DNA from: Eledone cirrhosa | Lineage: Eukaryota | Reading direction: 5' to 3' | NCBI GenBank assembly: GCA_964016885.1 | Contig: OZ024742.1 | Coordinates: forward strand, 349,122,001-349,186,000 | Length of the DNA: 64,000 bases | Part shown: positions 1 through 15,000 of the stretch, piece after piece | How the letters are laid out: each line of letters begins with the position of its first letter | Numbering within the stretch: the first letter of the stretch is position 1 | The notes under the pieces: model-generated | What the model was told of the DNA's origin: nothing | Database searches by the model: none | Seen by the model: only the letters and a program-made list of their open reading frames with translations | Position numbers and translations under genes: made by a program

Positions 1-3000
1 ATTGTAAGTGGTCAGTGGGTATAGTTATAGAATTGTAAGGGGTCAGTAGGTATAGCTATAGAATTGTAAGGAGTCAGTGTGTATATTTATAGAATTGTAA
101 GGGGTCAGAGAGTATAGTTATAGAATTGTAACGGGTCAGTGGGTATAGTTATAGAATTGTAAGTGTTCAGTGGGTATAGTTTTAGAATTGTAAGGGGTCA
201 GTGGGTATAGATATAGAATTGTAAGGGATCAGTGGTTATAACTATTGAATTGTAAGGATCTGAGGGTATAGCTATAGAATTGTAAGAGTTCAGTGGGTAT
301 AGTTATAGAATTGTAAGGGATCAGTGGGTATAGCTATAGAATTGTAAGCGTTCAGCGTGTATAGCTATAGAATTGTAAGGATTCTGTAGGTATAGTTATA
401 GAATTGTAAGGGGTCAGTGGGTATAGTTATGGAATTGTAAGGGGTCAGTGGGTATAGCTATAGAATTGTAAGGGGTCAGTGGGTATAGTTATAGAATTGT
501 AAGGGGTCAGTGGGTATAGCTATAGAATTGTAAGGAGTCAGTGTGTATATATATAGAATTGTAAGGGGTCAGTGGGTATAGTTATAGAATTGTAACGGGT
601 CAGTGTGTATAGTTATAGAATTGTAAGGGTTCAGTCGGTATAGTTTTAGAATTGTAAGGGGTCAGTGGGTATAGATATAGAATTGTAAGGGATCAGTGGG
701 TATAACTATTGAATTTTAAGGGTCTGAGGGTATAGCTATAGAATTCTAAGAGTTCAGTGGGTATAGTTATAGAATTGTAAGGGATCAGTGGGTATAGCTA
801 TAGAATTGTAAGGGGTCTGTGTGTATAGCTATAGAATTGTAAGGATTCTGTAGGTATAGTTATAGAATTGTAAGGGATCAGTGGGTATAACTATTGAATT
901 GTAAGTGTCTGAGGGTATAGCTATAGAATTGTAAGAGTTCAGTGGGTATAGTTATAGAATTTTAATGGGTCAGTGGGTATAATTATAGAATTGTAAGGGG
1001 TCAGTGGGTATATATATAGAATTGTAAGGGGTCAGTAGGTATAGATATAGAATTGTAAGGGATTCAGTGGGTATATCTATAGAATTGTAAGGGATCAGTG
1101 GGCATAGATATAGAATTGTAAGGGGTCAGTGGGTATATCTATAGAATTGTAAGGGGTCAGTGGGTATAGTTATAGAATTGTATGGGGTCAGTGGGTATAG
1201 TTATAGAATTGTAAGTGGTCCGTGGGTATAGCTATAGAATTGTAAGGGGTCAGTGGGTATAGTCATAGAATTGTAAGGGGTCAGTGGGTATAGTTATAGA
1301 ATTGTAAGGGGTCAGTGGGTATAGTTATAGAATTGTAAGGGGTCAGTGGGTATAGTCATAGAATTGTAAGGGGTCAGTGGGTATAGTTATGGAATTGTAA
1401 GGGGTCAGTGGGTATAGTTATAGAATTGTAAGGGATCAGTGGATATAGCTATAGAATTGTAAGTAGTCAGTGGGTATAGTTATAGAATTGTAAGGGGTCA
1501 GTGAGTAGAGTCATAGAATTGTAAGGGGTCAGTGGGTATAGTTATAGAATTGTAAGGGGTCAGTGGTTATACTTATAAAATTGTAAGGGGTCAGTGGGTA
1601 TAGTCATAGAATTGTAAGGGGTCAGTGGGTATAGTTATGGAATTGTAAGGGGTCAGTCGGTATAGTTATAGAATTGTAAGGGATCAGTGGATATAACTAT
1701 AGAATTGTAAGGGGTCAGTGGGTATAGTTATGGAATTGTAAGGGGTCAGTGGGTATAGTTATAGAATTGTAAGGGATCAGTGGATATAGCTATAGAATTG
1801 TAAGTGGTCAGTGGGTATAGTTATAGAATTGTAAGGGGTCAGTGGGTATAGTCATAGAATTGTAAGGGGTCAGTGGGTATAGTTATAGAATTGTAAGGGG
1901 TCAGTGGGTATAGTTATAGAATTGTAAGGGGTTAGTGGGTATAGTCATAGAATTGTAAGGGGTCAGTGGGTATAGTTATGGAATTGTAAGGGGTCAGTGG
2001 GTATAGTTATAGAATTGTAAGGGATCAGTGGATATAGCTATAGAATTGTAAGGGGTCAGTGGGTATAGTTATAGAATTGTAACGGGTCAGTGGGTATAGT
2101 TATAGAATTGTAAGGTTTCAGTGGGTATAGTTATAGAATTGTAAGGGGTCAGTGGGTATAGATATAGAATTGTAAGGGATCAGTGGGTATAACTATTGAA
2201 TTGTAAGGGGTCTGAGTTTATAGCTATAGAATTGTAAGAGTTCAGTGGGTATAGTTATAGAATTGTAAGGGATCAGTGGGTATAGCTATAGAATTGTAAG
2301 GCGTCTGTGGGTATAGCTATAGAATTGTAAGGGGTCAGTGGGTATAGATATATAACTGTAAGGGGTCAGTCGGTATAGCTATAGAATTGTAAGGATTCTG
2401 TAGGTATAGTTATAGAATTGTAAGTGGTTAGTGGGTATAGTTATAGAATAGTAAGGGGTCAGTGGGTATAGCTATAGAATTGTAAGGGGTCAGTGGGTAT
2501 AGCTATAGAATTGTAAGGGGTCAGTGGGTATAGTTATAGAATTGTAAGGGGTCAGTGGGTATAGTTATAGAATTGTAAGGGGTCAGTGGGTATAGCTATA
2601 GAATTGTAAGGGGTCAGTGTGTATAGTTATAGAATTGTAAGGGGTCAGTGGATATAGTTATAGAATTGTAAGGGGTCAGTGGGTATAGTTATAGGATTGT
2701 AAGGGGTCAGTGGGTATAGTTATAGAATTGTAAGGGATCAGTGGGTATAGCTATAGAATTGTAAATGGTCAGTGGGTATAGTTATAGAATTGTAAGAGGT
2801 CAGTGGGTATAGCTATAGAATTGTAAGGGATCAGTGGATATAGTTATAGAATTTTAAGGGGTCAGTGTGTATAGCTATAGAATTGTAACGGGTCAGTGGG
2901 TATAGTTATAGAATTGTAAGTGGTCAGTGGGTATAGTTATAGAATTGTAAGGGGTCAGTAGGTATAGCTATAGAATTGTAAGGGATCAGTGGTTATAACT

Positions 3001-6000
3001 ATTGAATTGTAAGGATCTGAGGGTATAGCTATAGAATTGTAAGAGTTCAGTGGGTATAGTTATAGAATTGTAAGGGATCAGTGGGTATAGCTATAGAATT
3101 GTAAGCGTTCAGCGTGTATAGCTATAGAATTGTAAGGATTCTGTAGGTATAGTTATAGAATTGTAAGGGGTCAGTGGGTATAGTTATGGAATTGTAAGGG
3201 GTCAGTGGGTATAGCTATAGAATTGTAAGGGGTCAGTGGGTATAGTTATAGAATTGTAAGGGGTCAGTGGGTATAGCTATAGAATTGTAAGGAGTCAGTG
3301 TGTATATATATAGAATTGTAAGGGGTCAGTGGGTATAGTTATAGAATTGTAACGGGTCAGTGTGTATAGTTATAGAATTGTAAGGGTTCAGTCGGTATAG
3401 TTTTAGAATTGTAAGGGGTCAGTGGGTATAGATATAGAATTGTAAGGGATCAGTGGGTATAACTATTGAATTTTAAGGGTCTGAGGGTATAGCTATAGAA
3501 TTCTAAGAGTTCAGTGGGTATAGTTATAGAATTGTAAGGGATCAGAGGGTATAGCTATAGAATTGTAAGGGGTCTGTGTGTATAGCTATAGAATTGTAAG
3601 GATTCTGTAGGTATAGTTATAGAATTGTAAGGGATCAGTGGGTATAACTATTGAATTGTAAGTGTCTGAGGGTATAGCTATAGAATTGTAAGAGTTCAGT
3701 GGGTATAGTTATAGAATTTTAATGGGTCAGTGGGTATAATTATAGAATTGTAAGGGGTCAGTGGGTATATATATAGAATTGTAAGGGGTCAGTAGGTATA
3801 GATATAGAATTGTAAGGGATTCAGTGGGTATATCTATAGAATTGTAAGGGATCAGTGGGCATAGATATAGAATTGTAAGGGGTCAGTGGGTATATCTATA
3901 GAATTGTAAGGGGTCAGTGGGTATAGTTATAGAATTGTATGGGGTCAGTGGGTATAGTTATAGAATTGTAAGTGGTCCGTGGGTATAGCTATAGAATTGT
4001 AAGGGGTCAGTGGGTATAGTCATAGAATTGTAAGGGGTCAGTGGGTATAGTTATAGAATTGTAAGGGGTCAGTGGGTATAGTTATAGAATTGTAAGGGGT
4101 CAGTGGGTATAGTCATAGAATTGTAAGGGGTCAGTGGGTATAGTTATGGAATTGTAAGGGGTCAGTGGGTATAGTTATAGAATTGTAAGGGATCAGTGGA
4201 TATAGCTATAGAATTGTAAGTAGTCAGTGGGTATAGTTATAGAATTGTAAGGGGTCAGTGGGTAGAGTCATAGAATTGTAAGGGGTCAGTGGGTATAGTT
4301 ATAGAATTGTAAGGGGTCAGTGGTTATACTTATAAAATTGTAAGGGGTCAGTGGGTATAGTCATAGAATTGTAAGGGGTCAGTGGGTATAGTTATGGAAT
4401 TGTAAGGGGTCAGTCGGTATAGTTATAGAATTGTAAGGGATCAGTGGATATAACTATAGAATTGTAAGGGGTCAGTGGGTATAGTTATGGAATTGTAAGG
4501 GGTCAGTGGGTATAGTTATAGAATTGTAAGGGATCAGTGGATATAGCTATAGAATTGTAAGTGGTCAGTGGGTATAGTTATAGAATTGTAAGGGGTCAGT
4601 GGGTATAGTCATAGAATTGTAAGGGGTCAGTGGGTATAGTTATAGAATTGTAAGGGGTCAGTGGGTATAGTTATAGAATTGTAAGGGGTCAGTGGGTATA
4701 GTCATAGAATTGTAAGGGGTCAGTGGGTATAGTTATGGAATTGTAAGGGGTCAGTGGGTATAGTTATAGAATTGTAAGGGATCAGTGGATATAGCTATAG
4801 AATTGTAAGTGGTCAGTGGGTATAGTTATAGAATTGTAAGGGGTCAGTGGGAATAGTCATAGAATTGTAAGGGGTCAGTGGGTATAGCTATAGAATTGTA
4901 AGGGTCAGTGGGTATAGCTATAGAATTGTAAGTTGTCAGTGGGTATATATATAGAATTTTAAGGGATCAATGGGCATAGATATAGAATTGTAAGGGGTCA
5001 GTGGGTATAGCTATAGAATTGTAAGGTGTCAGTGCGTATAGATATAGAATTGTAAGGGGTCAGTGGGTATAGATATTGAATTTTAAGGGGTCAGTGGGTA
5101 TAACTATATAATTTTAAGGGTCAACGTGTACAGATATAGAATTGTAAGGAACAAGTGGGTATAGTAATAGAATTGTAAGGGGGCAGTGGGTATAGCTATA
5201 GAATTGTAAGGGGTCAGTGGGTATAGCTATAGAATTGTAAGGGGTCAGTGTGAATAGATATAGAATTGTAAGGGATCAGTGGGTATAACTATAGAATTGT
5301 AAGGGGTCAGTGGGTATAGCTATTGAATTGTAAGAGTTCAGTGGGTATAGTTATAGAATTGCAAGGGATCAGTGTGTATAGCTATAGAATTGTAAGTGGT
5401 CAATAGCTATAGTTATAGAATTGTAAGGGGTCAAAATTTATAGTTATAGAATTGTAAGGGGTCAGTAGGTATAGCTATAGAATTGTAAGGGGTCACTTGG
5501 ATATAGTTATAGAATTGTAAGGGGTCAGTGGGTATAGTTATTGAATTGTAAGGGGTCAGTGGGTATAGCTATATAATTGTAAGGAGTCAGTGTGTATATA
5601 TCTAGAATTGTAAGGGCTCATTGGGTATAGTTATAGAATTGTAAGGGGTCAGTGGGTATATCTATAGAATTGTAAGGGGTCAGTGGGTATAACTATAGAA
5701 TTGTAAGGGGTCAGTGGGTATAGTTATAGAATTGTAAGGGGTCAGTGGGTATAGCTATAGAATTGTAAGGAGGCAGTGGGTATAGTTATAGAATTGTAAG
5801 GGGTCAGTGGTTATAGTTATAGAATTGTAAGGGGTCAGTGGGTATAGTTATAGGATTATAAGTGGTCAGTGGGTATAGTTATAGAATTGTAAGGGGTTAG
5901 TGTTTATAGATATAGAATTGTAATAGCTCATTGGGTAAGGCTATAGAATTGTAAGGGGTCAGTGTGTATAGCTATTGATTTATAAGGAGTCATTGGGTAT

Positions 6001-9000
6001 AGATATAGAATTGTAAGGGGTCAGTGGGTATAACTATTGAATTGTAAGGGGTCAGTGGGTATAGTTATAGAATTGTAAGGGGTCAGTGGGTATAGATATA
6101 TAATTGTAAGGGGTCAGTAGGTATAGCTATAGAATTGTAAGGGATCAGTGGGTATAGCTATAGAATAGTAAGGGGTCAGTGGGTATAGTTATAGAATAGC
6201 AAGTGGTCAGTGGGTATAGCTATAGAATTGTAAGGGGTCAGTGGGTATAGTAATAGAATTGTAAGGGGTCAGTGTGTATAGTTATAGAATTGTAAGGAAT
6301 CAGTGGGTATAGCTATAGAATTGTTAGGGGTCAGTGGTATAGCTATAGAAATTTAAGGGGTCAGTGGGTATAGTTATAGGATTATAAGTGGTCAGTGGGT
6401 ATAATTATAGAATTGTAAGGGGTTAGTGTTTATAGATATAAAATTGTAATAGCTCATTGGGTAAGGCTATAGAATTGTAAGGGGTCAGTAGGTATAGCTA
6501 TTGATTTATAAGGAGTCAGTGGGTATAGATATAGAATTGTAAGGGGTCAGTGGGTATAACTATTGAATTGTAAGGGGTCTGAGGGTATAGCTATAGAATT
6601 GTAAGAGTTCAGTGGGTATAGTTATAGAATTGCAAGGGATCAGTGGGTATAGCTATAGAATTGTAAGTGGTCAGTAGGTATAGATATAGAATTGTAAGGG
6701 GTCAAAATATATAGTTATAGAATTGTAAGGGGTCAGTGGATATAGTTATAGAATTGTAAGGGGTCAGTGGGTATAGTTATTGAATTGTAAGGGGTCAGTG
6801 GGTATAGCTATATAATTGTAAGGAGTCAGTGTGTATATATATAGAATTGTAAGGGCTCAGTGGGTATAGTTATAGAATTGTAAGGGGTCAGTGGGTATAT
6901 CTATAGAATTGTAAGGGGTCAGTGGGTATAACTATAGAATTGTAAGGGGTCAGTGGGTATAGTTATATAATTGTAATGGGTCAGTGGGTATAGTTATAGA
7001 ATTGTAAGTGGTCACTGGGTATAGTTATAGAATTGTAATGGGTCAGTGGGTATAGTTATAGAATTGTAAGGGGTCAGTGGGTATAGTTATAGAATTGTAA
7101 GGGGTCAGTGGGTATAGTTATAGAATTGTAAGGGATCAGTGGGTATAGCTATAGAATTGTAAGTGGTCAGTGGGTATAATTATAGAATTGTAAGGGTTCA
7201 GTGGATACAGTTATAGAATTGTAAGGGGTCAGTGGGTATAGCTATAGAAATGTAAGTGGTCAGTGGGTACAGTTATAGAATTGTAAGGGGACAGAGGGTA
7301 TAGCTATATAATTGTAAGGGGTCAGTGGGTATAATTATAGAATTGTAAAGGCTCAGTGGGTATAGTTATAGAATTGTAAGGGGTCAGTGGGTATAGCTAT
7401 AGAATTGTAAGGCGTCTGTGGGTATAGCTATAGAATTGTAAGGGGTCAGTGGGTATAGATATATAATTGTAAGGGGTCAGTGGGTATAGCTATAGAATTG
7501 TATGGGGTCATTGTGTATAGTTATAGAATTGCAGGTGGTCAGTGGGTATAGCTATAGAATTGTAAGTGGTCAGCGGGTATAGCTATAGAATCGTAATGGG
7601 TCAGTGGGTATAGTTATAGAATTGTAAGGGGTCAGTGGATATAGTTATAGAATTGTAAGGAATCAGTGGGTATAGCTATAGAATTGTAAGGGGTCAGTGG
7701 GTATAGCTATAGAATCGTAAGGTGTCAGTGTGTATATATATAGAATTGTAAGGGGTCAGTGGGTATAGTTATAGAATTGTAACGGGTCAGTGCGTATAGT
7801 TATAGAATTGTAAGGTTTCAGTGGGTATAGTTATAGAATTGTAAGGGGACAGTGGGTATAGATATAGAATTGTAAGGGATCAGTGGGTATAACTATTGAA
7901 TTGTAAGGGTCTGAGTTTATAGCTATAGAATTGTAAGAGTTCAGTGGGTATAGTTATAGAATTGTAAGGGATCAGTGGGTATAGCTATAGAATTGTAAGG
8001 CGTCTGTGGGTATAGCTATAGAATTGTAAGGGGTCAGTGGGTATAGATATATAACTGTAAGGGGTCAGTCGGTATAGCTATAGAATTGTAAGGATTCTGT
8101 AGGTATAGTTATAGAATTGTAAGGGGTTAGTGGGTATAGTTATAGAATAGTAAGGGGTCAGTGGGTATAGCTATAGAATTGTAAGGGGTCAGTGGGTATA
8201 TATATAAAATTGTAAGGGGTCAGTGCGTATAGATATAGAATTGTAAGGGGTCAGTGGGTATATCTATAGAATTGTAAGGGGTCAGTGGGTATAGTTATAG
8301 AATTGTATGGGGTCAGTGGGTATTGTCATAGAATTGTAAGGGGTCAGTGGGATATAGCTATAGAATTGTAAGGGGTCAGTGGGTATAGTTATAGAATTGT
8401 AAGGGGTCAGTGGGTATAGCTATAGAATTGTAAGGGGTCAGTGTGTATAGTTATAGAATTGTAAGGGGTCAGTGGGTATAGTTATAGAATTGTAAGGGGT
8501 CAGTGGGTATAGTTATAGAATTGTAAGGGGTCAGTGGGTATAGTTATAGAATTGTAAGGGATCAGTGGGTATAGCTATAGAATTGTAAGTGGTCAGTGGG
8601 TATAGTTATAGAATTGTAAAGTGTCAGTGGGTATAGCTATAGAATTGTAAGGGATCAGTGGGTATAGTTATAGAATTTTAAGGGGTCAGTGGGTATAGTT
8701 ATAGAATTGTAATGGGTCAGTGGGTATAGTTCTAGAATTGTAAGTGGTCAGTGGGTATAGTTATAGAATTGTAAGGGGTCAGTAGGTATAGCTATAGAGT
8801 TGTAAGGAGTCAGTGTGTATATATATAGAATTGTAAGGGGTCAGTGGGTATAGTTATAGAATTGTAACGGGTCAGTGGGTATAATTATAGAATTGTAAGG
8901 GTTCAGTGGATACAGTTATAGAATTGTAAGGGGTCAGTGGGTATAGCTATAGAAATGTAAGTGGTCAGTGGGTACAGTTATAGAATTGTAAGGGGACAGA

Positions 9001-12000
9001 GGGTATAGCTATATAATTGTAAGGGGTCAGTGGGTATAATTATAGAATTGTAAAGGCTCAGTGGGTATAGTTATAGAATTGTAAGGGGTCAGTGGGTATA
9101 GCTATAGAATTGTAAGGCGTCTGTGGGTATAGCTATAGAATTGTAAGGGGTCAGTGGGTATAGATATATAATTGTAAGGGGTCAGTGGGTATAGCTATAG
9201 AATTGTATGGGGTCATTGTGTATAGTTATAGAATTGCAGGTGGTCAGTGGGTATAGCTATAGAATTGTAAGTGGTCAGCGGGTATAGCTATAGAATCGTA
9301 ATGGGTCAGTGGGTATAGTTATAGAATTGTAAGGGGTCAGTGGATATAGTTATAGAATTGTAAGGAATCAGTGGGTATAGCTATAGAATTGTAAGGGGTC
9401 AGTGGGTATAGCTATAGAATCGTAAGGTGTCAGTGTGTATATATATAGAATTGTAAGGGGTCAGTGGGTATAGTTATAGAATTGTAACGGGTCAGTGCGT
9501 ATAGTTATAGAATTGTAAGGTTTCAGTGGGTATAGTTATAGAATTGTAAGGGGACAGTGGGTATAGATATAGAATTGTAAGGGATCAGTGGGTATAACTA
9601 TTGAATTGTAAGGGTCTGAGTTTATAGCTATAGAATTGTAAGAGTTCAGTGGGTATAGTTATAGAATTGTAAGGGATCAGTGGGTATAGCTATAGAATTG
9701 TAAGGCGTCTGTGGGTATAGCTATAGAATTGTAAGGGGTCAGTGGGTATAGATATATAACTGTAAGGGGTCAGTCGGTATAGCTATAGAATTGTAAGGGG
9801 TCAGTGGGTATAGTTATAGAATTGTAAGTGGTCAGTGGGTATAGCTATAGAATTGTAAGGATTCTGTAGGTATAGTTATAGAATTGTAAGGGGTTAGTGG
9901 GTATAGTTATAGAATAGTAAGGGGTCAGTGGGTATAGCTATAGAATTGTAAGGGGTCAGTGGGTATATATATAGAATTGTAAGGGGTCAGTGCGTATAGA
10001 TATAGAATTGTAAGGGGTCAGTGGGTATATCTATAGAATTGTAAGGGGTCAGTGGGTATAGTTATAGAATTGTATGGGGTCAGTGGGTATTGTCATAGAA
10101 TTGTAAGGGGTCAGTGGGATATAGCTATAGAATTGTAAGGGGTCAGTGGGTATAGTTATAGAATTGTAAGGGGTCAGTGGGTATAGCTATAGAATTGTAA
10201 GGGGTCAGTGTGTATAGTTATAGAATTGTAAGGGGTCAGTGGGTATAGTTATAGAATTGTAAGGGGTCAGTGGGTATAGTTATAGAATTGTAAGGGGTCA
10301 GTGGGTATAGTTATAGAATTGTAAGGGATCAGTGGGTATAGCTATAGAATTGTAAGTGGTCAGTGGGTATAGTTATAGAATTGTAAAGTGTCAGTGGGTA
10401 TAGCTATAGAATTGTAAGGGATCAGTGGGTATAGTTATAGAATTTTAAGGGGTCAGTGGGTATAGTTATAGAATTGTAATGGGTCAGTGGGTATAGTTCT
10501 AGAATTGTAAGTGGTCAGTGGGTATAGTTATAGAATTGTAAGGGGTCAGTAGGTATAGCTATAGAGTTGTAAGGAGTCAGTGTGTATATATATAGAATTG
10601 TAAGGGGTCAGTGGGTATAGTTATAGAATTGTAACGGGTCAGTGGGTATAGTTATAGAATTGTAAGTGTTCAGTGGGTATAGTTTTAGAATTGTAAGGGG
10701 TCAGTGGGTATAGATATAGAATTGTAAGGGTTCAGCGTGTACAGCTATAGAATTGTAAGGATTCTGTAGGTATAGTTATAGAATTGTAAGGGGTCAGTGG
10801 GTATAGTTATGGAATTGTAATGGGTCAGTGGGTATAGCTATAGAATTGTAAGGGGTCAGTGGGTATAGTTATAGAATTGTAAGGGGTCAGTGGGTATAGT
10901 TATAGAATTGTAAGGGTTCAGTGGGTATAGTTATAGAATTGTAAGGGGTCAGTGGGTATATCTATAGAATTGTAAGGGGTCAGTGGGTATAACTATAGAA
11001 TTGTAAGGGGTCAGTGGGTATAGTTATATAATTGTAATGGGTCAGTGGGTATAGTTATAGAATCGTAAGGTGTCAGTGTGTATATATATAGAATTGTAAG
11101 GGGTCAGTGGGTATAGTTATAGAATTGTAACGGGTCAGTGCGTATAGTTATAGAATTGTAAGGTTTCAGTGGGTATAGTTATAGAATTGTAAGGGGACAG
11201 TGGGTATAGATATAGAATTGTAAGGGATCAGTGGGTATAACTATTGAATTGTAAGGGTCTGAGTTTATAGGTATAGAATTGTAAGAGTTCAGTGGGTATA
11301 GTTATAGAATTGTAAGGGATCAGTGGGTATAGCTATAGAATTGTAAGGCGTCTGTGGGTATAGCTATAGAATTGTAAGGGGTCAGTGGGTATAGATATAT
11401 AACTGTAAGGGGTCAGTCGGTATAGCTATAGAATTGTAAGGGGTCAGTGGGTATAGTTATAGAATTGTAAGTGGTCAGTGGGTATAGCTATAGAATTGTA
11501 AGGATTCTGTAGGTATAGTTATAGAATTGTAAGGGGTTAGTGGGTATAGTTATAGAATAGTAAGGGGTCAGTGGGTATAGCTATAGAATTGTAAGGGGTC
11601 AGTGGGTATATATATAGAATTGTAAGGGGTCAGTGCGTATAGATATAGAATTGTAAGGGGTCAGTGGGTATATCTATAGAATTGTAAGGGGTCAGTGGGT
11701 ATAGTTATAGAATTGTATGGGGTCAGTGGGTATAGTCATAGAATTGTAAGGGGTCAGTGGGATATAGCTATAGAATTGTAAGGGGTCAGTGGGTATAGTT
11801 ATAGAATTGTAAGGGGTCAGTGGGTATAGCTATAGAATTGTAAGGGGTCAGTGTGTATAGTTATAGAATTGTAAGGGGTCAGTGGGTATAGTTATAGAAT
11901 TGTAAGGGGTCAGTGGGTATAGTTATAGAATTGTAAGGGATCAGTGGGTATAGCTATAGAATTGTAAGTGGTCAGTGGGTATAGTTATAGAATTGTAAGG

Positions 12001-15000
12001 TGTCAGTGGGTATAGCTATAGAATTGTAAGGGATCAGTGGGTATAGTTATAGAATTTTAAGGGGTCAGTGGGTGTAGTTATAGAATTGTAATGGGTCAGT
12101 GGGTATAGTTATAGAATTGTAAGTGGTCAGTGGGTATAGTTATAGAATTGTAAGGGGTCAGTAGGTATAGCTATAGAGTTGTAAGGAGTCAGTGTGTATA
12201 TATATAGAATTGTAAGGGGTCAGTGGGTATAGTTATAGAATTGTAACGGGTCAGTGGGTATAGTTATAGAATTGTAAGTGTTCAGTGGGTATAGTTTTAG
12301 AATTGTAAGGGGTCAGTGGGTATAGATATAGAATTGTAAGGTTTCAGCGTGTACAGCTATAGAATTGTAAGGATTCTGTAGGTATAGTTATAGAATTGTA
12401 AGGGGTCAGTGGGTATAGTTATGGAATTGTAATGGGTCAGTGGGTATAGCTATAGAATTGTAAGGGGTCAGTGGGTATAGTTATAGAATTGTAAGGGGTC
12501 AGTGGGTATAGCTATAGAATTGTAAGGAGTCAGTGTGTATATATATAGAATTGTAAGGGGTCAGTGGGTATAGTTATAGAATTGTAAGGGTTCAGTGGGT
12601 ATAGTTATAGAATTGTAAGGGGTCAGTGGGTATATCTATAGAATTGTAAGGGGTCAGTGGGTATAACTATAGAATTGTAAGGGGTCAGTGGGTATAGTTA
12701 TATAATTGTAATGGGTCAGTGGGTATAGTTATAGAATTGTAAGTGGTCAGTGGGTATAGTTATAGAATTGCAAGGGATCAGTGGGTATAGCTATAGAATT
12801 GTAAGTGGTCAGTAGGTATAGTTATAGAATTGTAAGGGGTCAAAATATATAGTTATAGAATTGTAAGGGGTCAGTGGGTATAGCTATAGAATTGTAAGGG
12901 GTCAGTGGATATAGTTATAGAATTGTAAGGGGTCAGTGGGTATAGTTATTGAATTGTAAGGGGTCAGTGGGTATAGCTATATAATTGTAAGGAGTCAGTG
13001 TGTATATATATAGAATTGTAAGGGCTCAGTGGGTATAGTTATAGAATTGTAAGGGGTCAGTGGGTATAGTTATAGAATTGTAAGGGGTCAGTGGATATAT
13101 CTATAGAATTGTAAGGGGTCAGTGGGTATAACTATAGAATTGTAAGGGGTCAATGGGTATAGTTATATAATTGTAATGGGTCAGTGGGTATAGTTATAGA
13201 ATTGTAAGTGGTCAGTAGGTATAGTTATAGAATTGTAATGGGTCAGTGGGTATAGTTATAGAATTGTAAGGTGTCAGTGGGTATAGTTATAGAATTGTAA
13301 GGGGTCAGTGGGTATAGTTATAGAAATGTAAAGGATCAGTGGGCATAGATATAGAATTGTAAGTGGTCAGTGGGTATAATTATAGAATTGTAAGGGGTCA
13401 GTGGATATAGTTATAGAATTGTAAGGGGTCAGTGGGTATAGCTATAGAAATGTAAGTGGTCAGTGGGTACAGTTATAGAATTGTAAGGGGACAGAGTGTA
13501 TAGCTATATAATTGTAAGGGGTCAGTGGGTATAATTATAGAATTGTAAAGGCTCAGTGGGTATAGTTATAGAATTGTAAGGGGTCAGTGGGTATAGCTAT
13601 AGAATTGTAAGGCGTCTGTGGGTATAGCTATAGAATTGTAAGGGGTCAGTGGGTATAGATATATAATTGTAAGGGGTCAGTGGGTATAGCTATAGAATTG
13701 TATGGGGTCAGTGTGTATAGTTATAGAATTGCAGGTGGTCAGTGGGTATAGCTATAGAATTGTAAGTGGTCAGCGGGTATAGCTATAGAATCGTAAGTGG
13801 TCAGTGGGTATAGTTATAGAATTGTAAGGGGTTAGTGGGTATAGTTATAGAATTGTAATGAATCAGTGGGTATAGCTATAGAATTGTAAGGCGTCAGTGG
13901 GTATAGCTATAGAATTGTAAGGAGTCAGTGTGTATATATATAGAATTGTAAGGGGTCAGTGGGTATAGTTATAGAATTGTAACGGGTCAGTGGGTATAGT
14001 TATAGAATTGTAAGGTTTCAGTGGGTATAGTTATAGAATTGTAAGGGGTCAGTGGGTATAACTATTGAATTGTAAGGGGTCTGAGTTTATAGCTATAGAA
14101 TTGTAAGAGTTCACTGGGTATAGTTATAGAATTGTAAGGGATCAGTGGGTATAGCTATAGAATTGTAAGGCGTCTGTGGGTATAGCTATAGAATTGTAAG
14201 GGATCAGTGGGTATAGATATATAACTGTAAGGGGTCAGTCGGTATAGCTATAGAAATGTAAGGGGTCAGTGGGTATAGTTATAGAATTGTAAGGGGTCAG
14301 TGGGTATAGCTATAGAATTGTAAGGATTCTGTAGGTATAGTTATAGAATTGTAAGGGGTTAGTGGGTATAGTTATAGAATAGTAAGGGGTCAGTGGGTAT
14401 AGCTATAGAATTGTAAGGGGTCAGTGGGTATATATATAGAATTGTAAGGGGTCAGTGCGTATAGATATAGAATTGTAAGGGGTCAGTGGGTATATCTATA
14501 GAATTGTAAGGGGTCAGTGGGTATAGTTATAGAATTGTATGGGTTCAGTGGGTATAGTCATAGAATTGTAAGGGGTCAGTGGGTATAGCTATAGAATTGT
14601 AAGGGGTCAGTGGGTATAGTTATAGAATTGTAAGGGGTCAGTGGGTATAGTCATAGAATTGTAAGGGGTCAGTGGGTATAGCTATAGAATTGTAAGGGGT
14701 CAGTGTGTATAGTTATAGAATTGTAAGGGGTCAGTGGGTCTAGTTATAGAATTGTAAGGGGTCAGTGGGTATAATTATAGAATTGTAAGGGGTCAGTGGG
14801 TATAGTTATAGAATTGTAAGGGATCAGTGTGTATAGCTATAGAATTGTAAGTGGTCAGTGGGTATAGTTATAGAATTGTAAGGTGTCAGTGGGTATAGCT
14901 ATAGAATTGTAAGGGATCAGTGGGTATAGTTATAGAATTTTAAGGGGTCAGTGGGTATAGTTATAGAATTGTAAGGGGTCAGTGGGTATAGCTATAGAAT